In this document: positions 31,194 to 41,937 of the stretch, piece after piece
Layout: each line of letters starts with the position of its first letter
Numbering within the stretch: position 1 is the stretch's first letter
DNA from: a candidate division FCPU426 bacterium
GTDB taxonomy: Bacteria > Oederibacteriota > Muellerivitia > Muellerivitales > Muellerivitaceae
Reading direction: 5' to 3'
Length of the DNA: 64,000 nt
Assembly (NCBI GenBank): GCA_963771075.1
Contig: CAVYSE010000028.1
Span: 160,001 to 224,000, forward strand
Notes under the pieces: generated by a model
What the model saw: only the letters and a program-made list of their open reading frames with translations
The model's database searches: none
What the model was told of the DNA's origin: nothing
Program-made: the position numbers and the translations under genes

Positions 31194-32731
31194 TTAAAGG
31201 TGCCGCCATTCCCGCCAGGGCTGGCCCAGCAGGGCGTTCGCGGATTCCGGCCCCCAGGTGCCCGCCTCGTAATTGGGGAAATATTCCTTGGGCCGGGTGG
31301 TCTCCCAGGCGTTCAAGATCGGCATCACCGCGCTCCAGGCCGCCTCGGCCTCGTCCCCGCGGATGAAAAGGGTGGCGTCCCCCAGCATGCAGTCGAGCAA
31401 AAGCCGTTCGTAGGCCTCGCTGGTGCCTTCCGCGAAGCTGGTGTTGTAGCGGAAGTCCATGTTGACCGTGCGCACTTCCATCGTCATGCCCGGCACCTTG
31501 GTCTCGAATTTCAGCGTGATGCCCTCGTCCGGCTGGATGCGCACCACCAAAACGTTCGGCGAGAGCTCGCCCAGGTTGCCTTTGAAAAGCAGGTTGGGCG
31601 GTTCCTTGAATTGGATGGCCACCTCGGTGGCGCGCTTGGGAAGCCTCTTTCCCGAGCGCAGGAAGAATGGCACCCCATGCCAGCGCCAGGTATCGAGGAA
31701 GACTTTCACCGCCGCGTAGGTGGGGGTGGTGGAAGAGGGCTTCACCCCCTCCTCCTCCCGGTAGCCCGGTACCTTTTCGCCCGCCCAAAAAACCCGGGCC
31801 GTACTGGCCCCGCACCGCCCATTGTTCCACTTCCCCCTCGGGGATGGGGCGAATGGAGCGCAAGTATTTTCAGTTTCTCGTCCCGGATGGCGTTGGCCTC
31901 GAAGGCCGCGGGAGGTTCCATGGCCACCAGGCACAATCACCTGCAAGAGATGGTTCTGGAACATGTCCCGCATGACTCCCGAGGATTCGTAATAGCCCGC
32001 CCGGCTTCCCACGCCCAGGTCCTCGCAGGCGGTGATCTGCACATGGTCCACGTAGCGGCGGTCCCAGATGGGCTCAAAGATGGAATTGGCGAAGCGCATC
32101 ACCAGGAGGTTCTGCACCGTTTCCTTTCCCAGGTAATGGTCGATGCGGTAGATCTGGTGTTCCTGGAAAGCTTCCTTGACCTGCCGGTTGAGTTCCTGCG
32201 CCGTGGTAGGTCCCGGCCGAATGGCTTCTCGATGACCACCCGGGCATAGCCCTTCTCTTCCTTACTCAAACCCGCGCCCTTGAGATTCGTGATGATGTCC
32301 TTGAAGACGTTGGGAGGGGTCGAGAGATAAAAGATGCGGTTTCCCTGGGTGCCGTTCTTGGCGTCCAGTTCATTCAAGAGGCCCGCTAGGGCGGTGAAGG
32401 CCGAGGGGTCGTCATAGGCCCCCGCCAAGTAATGGAAATTCTGGGAAAAGCTGTCAAAGAGGGCGTCTGAAAGTCCGGGCTCAGCCTCCTTTAAGAAGTC
32501 TTTCAAGCGGTTCCGGAATTCCTCATCTTTGAGCTTGGAGCGGGAAATCCCAACTAGGTTGAAGGAAGCCGGAAGCTGGTGTCGGCGGTAAAGGTCAAAG
32601 AGGGCGGGAACAAGCTTCCGCTGGGTCAAGTCCCCGGAGGCACCGAAAATGACCAGGGTGCAGGGGACCGGCACCCGGTCGGCAAAGAGTCCTTCACGCA
32701 AGGGGTTTTCCAAGGATGAGCCAGCGGGCAT
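31194..32731 (-). CDS. zwf: Glucose-6-phosphate 1-dehydrogenase (four indels near 32207, 31935, 31865 and 31785)
   Basis: IFGASGDL, EKPFG, RIDHYLGKE (after the shift), RDMFQNH, VRGQY, RWHGVPF..RSGK, AYERLL. Confidence 0.93.
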
Positions 32732-32872
32732 GTGAAACCTCGGGGAAATGGAATTGGAATGGGCATTACCTTAACGATGGCGAGGGAGGTTTTCAATCCG
32801 GGGAAAAAACATAACAAGGCCTTTACTTTGCCTGCTTTCCCGCCCCATCTTGGGGAAAGGGAGGATGGAACC

Positions 32873-33759
32873 ATGACTGACTGGGAAAAAAGGGTTCAGG
32901 GCAATGCCGAGGGCAACTTTTTCGTCGATTCCACCTGCATCGACTGCAACACCTGCCGCCAGTTGGCCCCCGCGATTTTTGAGGACGGCGGGAATACTTC
33001 TTTTGTCCGGGTCCAGCCCCATACCCTCAGCGAGATCCGTTCCGCAACCCAGGCCCTCCTGGCCTGCCCCACAGGTTCCATCGGGACCCGGGGACCCAAC
33101 GGGACTTCCGAAATCCTCGCCGATTTTCCCCTTCCGATCGAAGAAGGAGTGTTTTACTGCGGATTTAATTCCTCGAAATCCTTCGGCGGAAACAGCTACT
33201 TTATTCAGCATCCCGAGGGTAACTGGCTGGTGGATCCCACCAAGTTCCTTCCCCACCTGGTCAAAAGCTTCCAGGAAATGGGCGGCTTAAGCTTTATTTT
33301 TCTCACCCATCGGGACGATGTAGTAGACGCCTCCCGTTAGGCCGAAAAATTCGGAGCCCAACGGATCATCCATAAGGAAGACCAAGACGTCCAACCAGGG
33401 CTGAAATCATCCTGCAAGGGGCGGATGTTTCAGAACCAATCCCCGCCTTCAAAATCATCCCTACCCCCGGCCATACCGAGGGCCATTGTGTCCTCCTCTA
33501 TAAGGACAAATTACTCTTCACGGGCGACCATCTCTGGTGGCGACGCAAGCGCCAGGACTTGGGCGCCTCTTCCAGCGTGGCGTGGTACTCCTGTAAGAAA
33601 CAAACCGAATCGATGGAAAAACTACTGGATTATGAATTCGAGTGGGTCTTGCCGGGACACGGCAAGAAGAAAAAGATGGAAAGACCGGTCATGCGGAATG
33701 AATTGGAAGAACTGGTGAAGCGGATGAAGGCTTCCATGGAGCCCGGCTGGGAAGATTAA
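32873..33759 (+). pseudogene. Ferredoxin-fused MBL-fold metallo-hydrolase with an in-frame TAG (33338) and a -1 indel (~33400); pseudogene or assembly error
   Basis: CIDCNTC...AP, ACPTGSIG, LTHRDDV; in the repaired frame TPGHTEG, LFTGDH, WVLPGHG. Confidence 0.7.
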
Positions 33760-33790
33760 AACCTGTTTGAGTTATGTTAAAATCTCTCCC

Positions 33791-35863
33791 ATGTCCCCGT
33801 CCCAGGCTTCCTCCCCATCCCACCGGCTTCAAATTTCCTACAACCCCTGGATTTACACCTTCCTGTTCGTTGTCTCGAATATCCTTCTTTCTTATTTCCA
33901 CTTCTCCCTCTCCATCAAACTCTGGATTGGAATTTTCGGATTAGGCTTGCCCTTTTTCTTGGCGCTGTGGACTCTCCATGAAAACGGAAAGCTTTTCAAC
34001 ACCCCGGGCATGGGCGGAAAATCCCTATCCAAAACCAATTCTTCCAACGAAAACCCGCCCCTTTGGCTCTGGGGCCTTTTTATTTTCCTTCTGCTCGCGA
34101 TTAGGTTTTACAAACTGACCTCCCTGCCCTATTGGTCCATCGGGGACGAGGGTATCGTTGCTTTTTTACCCATGAAGCAATTGGATGAATGGCATTGGGA
34201 TCTTTTATGGACACCCGCCCGACTTGAGCCCCTCTTTTTTTGGCTGTTGGGAATTTATTTCAAAGCCATATGGCCTTCTTTTTTCTCAATCCGTTTTTTC
34301 CCTTTAATCGTTTCTCTCGCGACCTCCCTGTCCCTCTATTGGGCGGCGCGCCAGTACTTTCCCCGAAAAACATCCTTCCTGATCTGCTGGTTCTTCAGTT
34401 TTTCTTTCGGGGGGATGTTTTTATCCCGTTATTGTTTGCCCATCATTCTGCTTCCTCTTTTCCTGGCTTGCGGGTCGGGCCTTCTCGGCCTCTATCAACA
34501 AAGCTCCTCACCAGCGGTTCAAAAGAGGATATTGGTCCTATTAGGCCTGATCGGCGGCATTGGTTTTTACACCTACCCCAGCTGGTTGATGGTGTGGGGC
34601 GTCCTTGGGATGGCTCTTTTATTCATGTCATGGGTCAAAAACCATGGCTCGAAAAGCGATTTTTTAATTTACGGCGCAATAAGTTCCCTCCTCGCTTTAC
34701 CCCTGGTCCTGGCACGAATGGCGCCGGGGGGAATGGTTCTTATCCAGGGATATTTTTCAGGGTTCTCGGCCCTTAAATATTTTTTTCTCTACCTCATCGC
34801 CGTCTTTTGGGATGGTCAGGAAAGTTTTCCTTACGGCCCCATATGGGGCGGCTGCCTCGACCCTGTGACCGCCTCCCTTGTTTTCATCGGCCTATTCGCG
34901 GCCATCCAAAAATTCGGAAAGGCCGCATCCATCTTTATTTTATTTTCCCTATTTTCTTGGATGATTCCAGGGGCCATGACCAACAACATCGAAATATGCA
35001 GGGTCCTACCCGTCTTGATGGGGTTATGTGTCTTGATGGCTCTAGGCCTTCAAAGCCTGGTGGCCTTCAACCCGGCCCCGGTAAGCAAGGTTTCTATTTA
35101 TATCCTTCTCTTTTTATCTTTGGGTCTGAGTCTTTTTCATTACTTTGGTCCCTTTTGCGATCCCGCCCAGGCTTCCACGACCCAACAATGGAGATCCCCC
35201 AAATATTCCCAGATCTACCAAATCCTCAATCAAAAAAGCCAGGAAAGGAGCTCCCTCTTCGTTTTCTCGGAATTCAACATGGATTATTTCAATAAGACCC
35301 TGGAGGTGGCGGATTTCTCTTTCAACGCGCTTCAAAACCTACGCCTTCCGAGAAATAAAGTTCAATGGGCGGCTCTGCTGGTCTCAACGGATGATGGGCC
35401 TTTTCTAAAAAAACAATTCCCCCATCTTGAATCCATCCCCTTAAACGACGGACTGCCGGCTTCCCTGGGTTTATTTTTAATTCCCCTTGCCGATTTCCCG
35501 CCGTCAACCCTTGCGGCCTGGATCAGAATGGACCGGTTTTGCAGCGGTCTCTCCCAGATAATTATCAACCGGCACCCCTACAGTTCCCTCGGGCAATTCG
35601 CCGAATTGTTAAAACCCCTTGAGCCTCAATTCAACGCCGACCCTTTATTAGCCTGTTTCTGCTGGGAAAAAATCGCCTTCTTAAAAGGCGGGGGGGGCGA
35701 TTATTCCGGCGCTATCAGGGCTTACCAGAAGGCCCTCCAGAAGGGGTTCCCCGCCCCTCACCTTTATTACCACCTCGGACAGATGTTCGAGTTGACGGGG
35801 AACAAGGCGAAAGCAGATCAGGCCTTCCAGAAATTTAACAGGACCTCAAGTCATAAGGATTAA
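33791..35863 (+). CDS. GT-C-like polytopic membrane glycosyltransferase with C-terminal TPR
   Basis: RFYKL...W..GDEG motif, ~12 TMs, GFYTY, terminal TPR helices; paralog of 61753..63927. Confidence 0.72.
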   Translation: MSPSQASSPSHRLQISYNPWIYTFLFVVSNILLSYFHFSLSIKLWIGIFGLGLPFFLALWTLHENGKLFNTPGMGGKSLSKTNSSNENPPLWLWGLFIFLLLAIRFYKLTSLPYWSIGDEGIVAFLPMKQLDEWHWDLLWTPARLEPLFFWLLGIYFKAIWPSFFSIRFFPLIVSLATSLSLYWAARQYFPRKTSFLICWFFSFSFGGMFLSRYCLPIILLPLFLACGSGLLGLYQQSSSPAVQKRILVLLGLIGGIGFYTYPSWLMVWGVLGMALLFMSWVKNHGSKSDFLIYGAISSLLALPLVLARMAPGGMVLIQGYFSGFSALKYFFLYLIAVFWDGQESFPYGPIWGGCLDPVTASLVFIGLFAAIQKFGKAASIFILFSLFSWMIPGAMTNNIEICRVLPVLMGLCVLMALGLQSLVAFNPAPVSKVSIYILLFLSLGLSLFHYFGPFCDPAQASTTQQWRSPKYSQIYQILNQKSQERSSLFVFSEFNMDYFNKTLEVADFSFNALQNLRLPRNKVQWAALLVSTDDGPFLKKQFPHLESIPLNDGLPASLGLFLIPLADFPPSTLAAWIRMDRFCSGLSQIIINRHPYSSLGQFAELLKPLEPQFNADPLLACFCWEKIAFLKGGGGDYSGAIRAYQKALQKGFPAPHLYYHLGQMFELTGNKAKADQAFQKFNRTSSHKD

Positions 35864-35945
35864 TTCATCACGCGGCCTAAAGGGGCCTGAGGATTCACCG
35901 GGGCCTTCATTGTTTTTCACTCCTTACATCCCTATGATTCTTTAA

Positions 35946-36671
35946 ATGTCGCCATCCAGGGGAGTTCCTTTGAAAACTTACGAATTCGATCAATTGAACC
36001 ACCGGTTTTCCACCGAAAATCCAACTGTCCTCATTGAATGGGCCGCCGGGGAATTCGGGGACAAACTGGCCATGGCGACCTCCTTCGGCGCCGAAAGCGC
36101 CGTTCTTTTACATTTAGTGACCCGAGTCGTGCCGGAAATTCCCGTTCTTTTCACCAACACCGGTTTTCATTTCAAGGAAACCCTGGAGCACCGGGACCGC
36201 CTGGTTTCCATGTTAAAATTGAACCTGATCGAATTTAAACCTGATACGCCCACTGAGGAATTCCTCGCTCAGAATGGGAAACTTTACGAACGCGACCCCG
36301 ACGCCTGCTGTGACGTGAACAAGATCGCGCCCTTTGAGAAGGGCTTACGTGTTTACGACGGATGGATTACGGGAGTGCGCCGCAACCAGGCCCAAACCCG
36401 GAAAGCCCTTCCCTTTGTGCAGCGGGACCGGGAAACCAAGGTCAAGATCTGCCCCCTGCTTGAATGGAACAGCAAAAAACTCTGGGAATACGCCAAAGCC
36501 AATGGCCTTCCCTACCATCCCCTATGGGAAAAGGGTTATCTTTCCATCGGTTGTTCCCCGGAAGTCTGTACACGCCCGGTCTTGGCCGGGGAGAACCCCC
36601 GCGCCGGCCGTTGGTCGGGCAAAAACAAGGTTGAGTGCGGAATACATGTTTCCGACCCCCCCACGAAATAA
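35946..36671 (+). CDS. cysH: APS/PAPS reductase CysH (Fe-S, APS-type cysteines)
   Basis: TSFG, TGFHF.ET, CC..NK, W.TG.RR.Q...R, GY.SIGC, GRW, ECGIH; the true start may be TTG 35970. Confidence 0.9.
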   Translation: MSPSRGVPLKTYEFDQLNHRFSTENPTVLIEWAAGEFGDKLAMATSFGAESAVLLHLVTRVVPEIPVLFTNTGFHFKETLEHRDRLVSMLKLNLIEFKPDTPTEEFLAQNGKLYERDPDACCDVNKIAPFEKGLRVYDGWITGVRRNQAQTRKALPFVQRDRETKVKICPLLEWNSKKLWEYAKANGLPYHPLWEKGYLSIGCSPEVCTRPVLAGENPRAGRWSGKNKVECGIHVSDPPTK

Positions 36672-36783
36672 ATATTTTCTTTAGATTGGTGTATTTCTTC
36701 TCTTTCTCGTCTCAACTTTTGATAGGGCTCACCCGTCCTAATATCAATATTCGTTTTTTTATCTCAATTTCCCGAGGAACGGA

Positions 36784-37692
36784 ATGAACAGAAAAAAAAC
36801 AGGCTTTCGAATGTTGTTCGTGATTCTCATGTCCTTCTTGGTGATCCTTCCCCTATGGGCCGCGACGGGCGAGGACAACGAAGGAGACGATTCTCTACTG
36901 GAGACCCCCTTCAAACCCTACTGGGAGAATGAGTTTCAACTTAGTTATGCCAGCCAGCAGGCGGGCCAGCTGACGACCTCCCTCTGCTACACCGGCACCC
37001 AGCATTTCAATGAAGGGGGAAATTCCCTTTCAGTGGAAGGCGTCATCCAAGGGCAAAAGATCGAGGGCGCCCGATCCAACGTCGATATCCTGACGACCGA
37101 GGGAGGATTGGGAATAGGGTCTTTCACCCCCTCCCTTTCCGTCGGGTTTGAATTAGGCGACAGCAATTGGCGCCAGATCGACAGCACCCTGAGCCTTTGG
37201 TTTCAAGTCATCGACCCCCTTTCCATCAGCTATACCTTGGGTGGCACGATTGGCCACCACCAGGGTGACGTGACGGGTTACTTCCCATCCTCGGTTCAAA
37301 CCGCGTTGCTGGCCCTGACCTCCGGCCAGCCGGTCACGGGCCAAATCGATACCGCCAGCTTGAACACTTCCTTGGGGTTTACGGTGGACGCCTGCGAATG
37401 GTGGACCATCACTCCCACCCTGGCCTATGACTACGAGTACACCTACCAAGTCCAATGGCCCAAGCTGAAGGAACCCATCAACCAGTCGGACAAAAGCGCG
37501 ACCTTCACCTTGGCGCTCGATTTCACCCTTTTCAAAGGATTGATCTTGGACCTGGCGCCCCAAGTGGGACAAGAATACACGCCAGCGGGAACCTATTACA
37601 GCAAACTCGCCGGCGGTTTCGTCAATTCCACGAATTCCTCCGCACAAAATTTCACGGGCGGGACCCTATCCGTTTCTTATAGTTTCGAGTAA
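36784..37692 (+). CDS. Putative outer-membrane beta-barrel protein
   Basis: Signal peptide, alternating strands, ends VSYSFE; paralog of the next gene. Confidence 0.6.
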   Translation: MNRKKTGFRMLFVILMSFLVILPLWAATGEDNEGDDSLLETPFKPYWENEFQLSYASQQAGQLTTSLCYTGTQHFNEGGNSLSVEGVIQGQKIEGARSNVDILTTEGGLGIGSFTPSLSVGFELGDSNWRQIDSTLSLWFQVIDPLSISYTLGGTIGHHQGDVTGYFPSSVQTALLALTSGQPVTGQIDTASLNTSLGFTVDACEWWTITPTLAYDYEYTYQVQWPKLKEPINQSDKSATFTLALDFTLFKGLILDLAPQVGQEYTPAGTYYSKLAGGFVNSTNSSAQNFTGGTLSVSYSFE

Positions 37693-37730
37693 TTTAAGGC
37701 CGAACAATCCATTTTTTTCTTGAGGGTTCC

Positions 37731-38693
37731 ATGAAATGCTTAAAGGGGATAGCCGGTTGGATATGGGTCTGTTTGTTGTTTCAATCCTCCCTGATGGCCA
37801 AGGAACCGCCCAGTCCCACCCCTTCCCCGATGCCAGCGGCGGTCACTGACACGGCGGTGACCGTGGAGAATGCTTCCACCGCTGAAACCCTTTCAGGGAA
37901 CCTCACTTCGTCCGACGACGAGGACAATCCCTTCGTTCCCCACTGGACCGGCCAGTTGGGTTTCACCTATTCCAACCAACCCAACAGTTCGGGCCAGGGA
38001 CAGGTCGAGAAACAATTTAGCCTGACGGGCACCTATAACTTCACCGAAAGCGGCCACTACATGTCCCTGGGGCTGACGGGAGGGCAGCAATTAGTCGAGG
38101 GGGCCAATACCAATTTCGGGGAAGTGAGCCTGGAAGGCGGATTAGGCTGGGGTTTCTTCAACCCCGCGTTGGAACTGAGCACCCAGCAAGGCGCCGCCGC
38201 CTTGAATGAATATGGCTCCACCCTGACCCTGAATTTCAAACCGATCGATATCCTGACCCTCGGTTTGATCGGCGGGGGCGGCTTGCAAAGCCACCAGGGG
38301 CCCCCTCCCACGATCAGCACGGACAAGATCGACGAGATCGACGAGTACAGCTATACCGGCGAGTTCCAAGTGTCCGTGGAAACTGCCGATTTCCTTACCC
38401 TTTCATTGACCGCGCAGGATGAGTGGGACACAACCTACCAATGGCAAAACGTCACCCACGATTCCGTTCATCCATTGAAGAATGAAATAGACCAAATGCC
38501 ATCCCTCACTTTGGGGATTGACACGGCCTTTTTGAAGAGCTACGAGGTGGAACTGGACCTGCAGTACGGGAAAGAATATGAACCGGCGGGGCTTTTCTAT
38601 TCTCCCAAAAAAGCCAAGTTCATCTATAACCCCGCGCCCGTGGAACAGGATTTTCAGGGAATCAGCCTGGCGCTCAATTACAACTTCGAGTGA
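37731..38693 (+). CDS. Putative outer-membrane beta-barrel protein, paralog of 36784..37692
   Basis: Shared PF.P.W...L.Y, F.E.G, Q..EGA, EGGLG.G.F.P, G.EY.PAG..YS motifs; ends LNYNFE. Confidence 0.6.
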   Translation: MKCLKGIAGWIWVCLLFQSSLMAKEPPSPTPSPMPAAVTDTAVTVENASTAETLSGNLTSSDDEDNPFVPHWTGQLGFTYSNQPNSSGQGQVEKQFSLTGTYNFTESGHYMSLGLTGGQQLVEGANTNFGEVSLEGGLGWGFFNPALELSTQQGAAALNEYGSTLTLNFKPIDILTLGLIGGGGLQSHQGPPPTISTDKIDEIDEYSYTGEFQVSVETADFLTLSLTAQDEWDTTYQWQNVTHDSVHPLKNEIDQMPSLTLGIDTAFLKSYEVELDLQYGKEYEPAGLFYSPKKAKFIYNPAPVEQDFQGISLALNYNFE

Positions 38694-38780
38694 ATCACAA
38701 AAGCCATTTCACCGCGAAAACGCGAAGTAAAAAGCCTAAAAGATTCAACCGACCTAGCCGGGGATTTCAACACGGCGACT

Positions 38781-39275
38781 TTAAAAACGCAGGGCCAGCC
38801 GCACGCCAGCGCCGTCACCCCGGTTTCCCATAGCCTGAACGCCCAACTCAGGCTGTCCCAATGCCTCCAGGGTCAAGAGGGTAAAGGCATGGGTGCCCAG
38901 GGCGATCCAGGCCCTGTTTCGACTGGGCGGATCGCTCGAGGTTAGGACCATGACGGCTGGATAAACGGTTTTGGCGATACCGGCCGCGTTGATAAGAAAA
39001 AGTCCCGTGTAATCGGGGGAAAAGGCCATCCATCCCCATCCCAGGGCATCGACCCCCGCCGTGGAATAACCGAAAACCGTGGATCCATCCTCAAAGATCT
39101 CGGTATAGGACCAGGCATAATAATCCGCCAGAATGAAAGGCACCGTGATGGCTTCGTTTCCGGCCCGGGCTTTTTCAGTACCGGCGGTCAAGATTAGCGC
39201 CGCCAATCCGGACACCAAAAGAGTGAAGATCGCGGATCTTCTTCGTGACAAACCCTTAAACCGCTTGCTGGGCAT
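38781..39275 (-). CDS. Hypothetical exported/membrane protein
   Basis: Signal-like N-terminus, hydrophobic segments, C-terminal GVRLALRF. Confidence 0.55.
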   Translation of the reverse strand: MPSKRFKGLSRRRSAIFTLLVSGLAALILTAGTEKARAGNEAITVPFILADYYAWSYTEIFEDGSTVFGYSTAGVDALGWGWMAFSPDYTGLFLINAAGIAKTVYPAVMVLTSSDPPSRNRAWIALGTHAFTLLTLEALGQPELGVQAMGNRGDGAGVRLALRF

Positions 39276-39927
39276 GATGTTTCTTTCGGCGTTTGAGAGG
39301 CGGGGGTGTCGGACTCGGGGTGGGCGTGACGGTCGGGGTGGGGGTTACCGTGGCGGTCGCGGTGGGCGTGACCGTGGCTTGGGGAGTGGGCGTGATCCAG
39401 ACGAACCCGGTGGGAATATTGGTGTTGGGATAGATATAAACGTAAACAGGCACTTGAACAAGGGCCTGGGGATCGCAGGGGGGGCCATCCGTATAGAGAA
39501 TGTTCAAAATGGAAATGTTGTAGCAGTCAGAGACCATTTCGTCCCCGTAGGGAATAACGTGCTGGCAGGAGTTAATAACCGGAAGCATGGTGAAAAGAAC
39601 CGTCTGGGTATTCCAATCGATCAGGGGCTCACCATTACTGGCGAGGGGCATACCCGGCTCTAGTTGTGGGTTAATCTGGCTCCACCAATAATCAAAATTA
39701 GCTTGATCATTCACCTTGGCGTTACCCACTGCCAGGATGGAGGAGGGCATGCTGGCGGTGGCTCGGATCAACCGGTGCGGGATCGCGTGAAGATCGCACT
39801 TGTCCAGGGGACTACGGCCATACTGTTCCACCTGGCCAGGGGCGTAAACGGGCACATCCTGGTCAATGGAAACGCACCCCACCCAAAGCGATCCTACGGC
39901 CGCCAATGCTAAGATCCACTTTTTCAT
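39256..39927 (-). CDS. Lipoprotein with Thr/Pro-rich, basic C-terminal tail
   Basis: MKKWILALAAVGSLWVGC lipobox; TPTP repeats followed by KRRKK. Confidence 0.72.
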   Translation of the reverse strand: MKKWILALAAVGSLWVGCVSIDQDVPVYAPGQVEQYGRSPLDKCDLHAIPHRLIRATASMPSSILAVGNAKVNDQANFDYWWSQINPQLEPGMPLASNGEPLIDWNTQTVLFTMLPVINSCQHVIPYGDEMVSDCYNISILNILYTDGPPCDPQALVQVPVYVYIYPNTNIPTGFVWITPTPQATVTPTATATVTPTPTVTPTPSPTPPPLKRRKKHHAQQAV

Positions 39928-41456
39928 CCCCGTCCTTTCGAATCTTTCACGGTATGGGCATCCCAAACCACCATCTTACCCTTCACCACCGCCCATTCCA
40001 CCTCCGCCGTATGGGACCATTGGATCGCCAACCGGCGGGCGACCCCCGCCAATTCAAAAAGCGGATAGCCCCTCAAGGGAAAGCTTGGGGGAAAATATCC
40101 CAGGGGGTTGGGTTGGAGGCTTAAATCCATGACAAGGGCTTTCCCTTCCGGCGAAAGGTTGGCTTTGAGTTGGACCAAGCCTAACCCCCTTCCCTTCGGG
40201 GGAAATCCCCGGCAGACTCCCGAAGCGCTTATCCTCTGTGCCTTTTGGACGATCCAGGAACGATTTTGTGTCCTTTTCAAGGTGCGCTTGACCTGCTCCA
40301 GGGTTTGGGTCTTCAAAACCCGCAGGGAAACTCCCGGGCCCTCGGAGGGTCTTACCCAAAAGGGCCCACCCCCCAGGTCCTTCAGGGCCCTTGTCCAGGC
40401 TTTCTCCGACCATGGAAATTTTTCCCCTCCGCACAAAAAACCCGGAGCCGTATCCACGCCCAGCGCCAGTATCTCGCTCATTCGTTCCGCCAGGCGTCCG
40501 TAAGGCCTTTCCCTTCCCTCGGTCAGGTCCAGCAGCCACACCAAGGGCGGATGGAGGGAATGGCGGTAAACCCTGGCAAGGCTCTCGAACCGGGGGGCAG
40601 CCCAGGCGCTGGAAAGCGCCAGCAGTCCCCCGCTGATGAGGTCGGGAAAATAGTGGAATCCCAGGAATAGGGTTGAAAGCCAGATGGCCAAGGCCAGGGG
40701 AAGACCCCAAACCATGGACCGGCGGTCATGCCGGAATTGCCAGGCGACCAGATATCCGGAAAGCGCCCCATGCAGGCTGGGAAAAACGTCGAATCGTGAT
40801 CCCATCCGATCAATCAATCCCTCGGCCGTTTGAAAGATCCAACCTCCCTGGAGCCAGGTCCAATCCTGGGGGTAGGCGAAGCGCGGACCAATCGCGGGAA
40901 ACAGGATATAGCCCAGGAAACCGCCGACATAGACCAGGGTCAACCCCAGCATGAATCGCTGGTAAAGCGCGCGCCTCAGCCAGCTGTGGTAAAAGATCAG
41001 CCCGATCAACCAGGCGAAAAGGGCCAGGTAGCACAGGCTGAAAAGATCCGTGAGGTGGGGGTGGCCGAAGAGGCCCCTTTCCCAAAAGGAAGGCCCCTTC
41101 CCAAGCAAACTTAAGTCCAGGCTCCTTAAATCCGCGTCAAAAAGCTTGGGATGAAGAACGGGCACCATCGGTTTCATCAATCCATAGCACAAAACCAGTC
41201 CCAACCAGGGGCTCACCCCCCGCACGAGGCTCCATCCCCCGAAGGGGGGCGGCCGCCGGATGGCAATCCAAAACATCCAAGTAGTCCATAGGAGAACATT
41301 GAAGGAGGCTTGAAGAAGGACTGCGGAGGCTCCCGGACGTTCCGCGAAAAAAGCCCCCAGCGCCAGCAGGTAAAAGACCCCGAAAAGGGCCGAGATCAGG
41401 AACTCACAGGGGGAAAAGGCCCAGAGGTTTTTACGCAGGCGCACCAGGAGCGGCAT
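39924..41456 (-). CDS. PAP2_3/Aur1-like membrane phosphotransferase fused to a degenerate PEP-synthase-like (PPDK_N) domain
   Basis: PAIGPR, FPSLH, HYFPD motifs; the C-terminal half has APGF, VRPS, IVQ....SGV, EVEWA. Confidence 0.7.
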   Translation of the reverse strand: MPLLVRLRKNLWAFSPCEFLISALFGVFYLLALGAFFAERPGASAVLLQASFNVLLWTTWMFWIAIRRPPPFGGWSLVRGVSPWLGLVLCYGLMKPMVPVLHPKLFDADLRSLDLSLLGKGPSFWERGLFGHPHLTDLFSLCYLALFAWLIGLIFYHSWLRRALYQRFMLGLTLVYVGGFLGYILFPAIGPRFAYPQDWTWLQGGWIFQTAEGLIDRMGSRFDVFPSLHGALSGYLVAWQFRHDRRSMVWGLPLALAIWLSTLFLGFHYFPDLISGGLLALSSAWAAPRFESLARVYRHSLHPPLVWLLDLTEGRERPYGRLAERMSEILALGVDTAPGFLCGGEKFPWSEKAWTRALKDLGGGPFWVRPSEGPGVSLRVLKTQTLEQVKRTLKRTQNRSWIVQKAQRISASGVCRGFPPKGRGLGLVQLKANLSPEGKALVMDLSLQPNPLGYFPPSFPLRGYPLFELAGVARRLAIQWSHTAEVEWAVVKGKMVVWDAHTVKDSKGRG

Positions 41457-41461
41457 GGGGT

Positions 41462-41896
41462 TTAGGCCGGCCCGGGCTTTGGCATAAGGACATAGGCGAA
41501 TTCCAGCAGGTGTCCGTCCGGGTCCGACACCAGGCAATAGTAGCCCCTCATGTGGCCCCCATAATGCGCACCCTCGACCAGGCAGCCTTCCTCCTTGGCC
41601 TTGGCTCCTATCTCCTCCACGGGTTTCAGGTCGCCCAATCGAAAAGAGAGGAGGGGGACGAAGGGCTTGGTCGGGGCCGCCTTGACGACATTATCCTCTT
41701 TCAACACGATGAAGGGCGCCGTGGGATTCTCGGAGAACCTCAGCCAAACCCACCGGCCACCGTAATTGTCCTTCTGGTCCAGCACGGCGGCCATGCCCAG
41801 GTAATTGGAGTAAAAGTGAATGGAAAGATCGGCGTCCTTGACCCTCAGGAGGAGATGGTGCCACTCGGGAAAATGGGAGACGAACTCGATGCCCAA
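41462..41896 (-). CDS. VOC/glyoxalase family protein
   Basis: H..LRVKD...S..FY...LG and DPDGHLLEF. Confidence 0.85.
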   Translation of the reverse strand: MGIEFVSHFPEWHHLLLRVKDADLSIHFYSNYLGMAAVLDQKDNYGGRWVWLRFSENPTAPFIVLKEDNVVKAAPTKPFVPLLSFRLGDLKPVEEIGAKAKEEGCLVEGAHYGGHMRGYYCLVSDPDGHLLEFAYVLMPKPGPA

Positions 41897-41937
41897 GGAA
41901 ACACCCTTTCGCGATTAAAAAGTGGACTTGCCCACCC

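Noticed and set aside
31780..32210. Programmed ribosomal frameshifting in zwf
   Set aside because: Four separate shifts with no consistent slippery site; this fits an assembly artefact better.
33338..33340. TAG read-through (pyrrolysine or recoding) in the MBL hydrolase
   Set aside because: TAG is used as a normal stop elsewhere in the window and a frameshift follows 60 bp later; error or decay is the simpler explanation.
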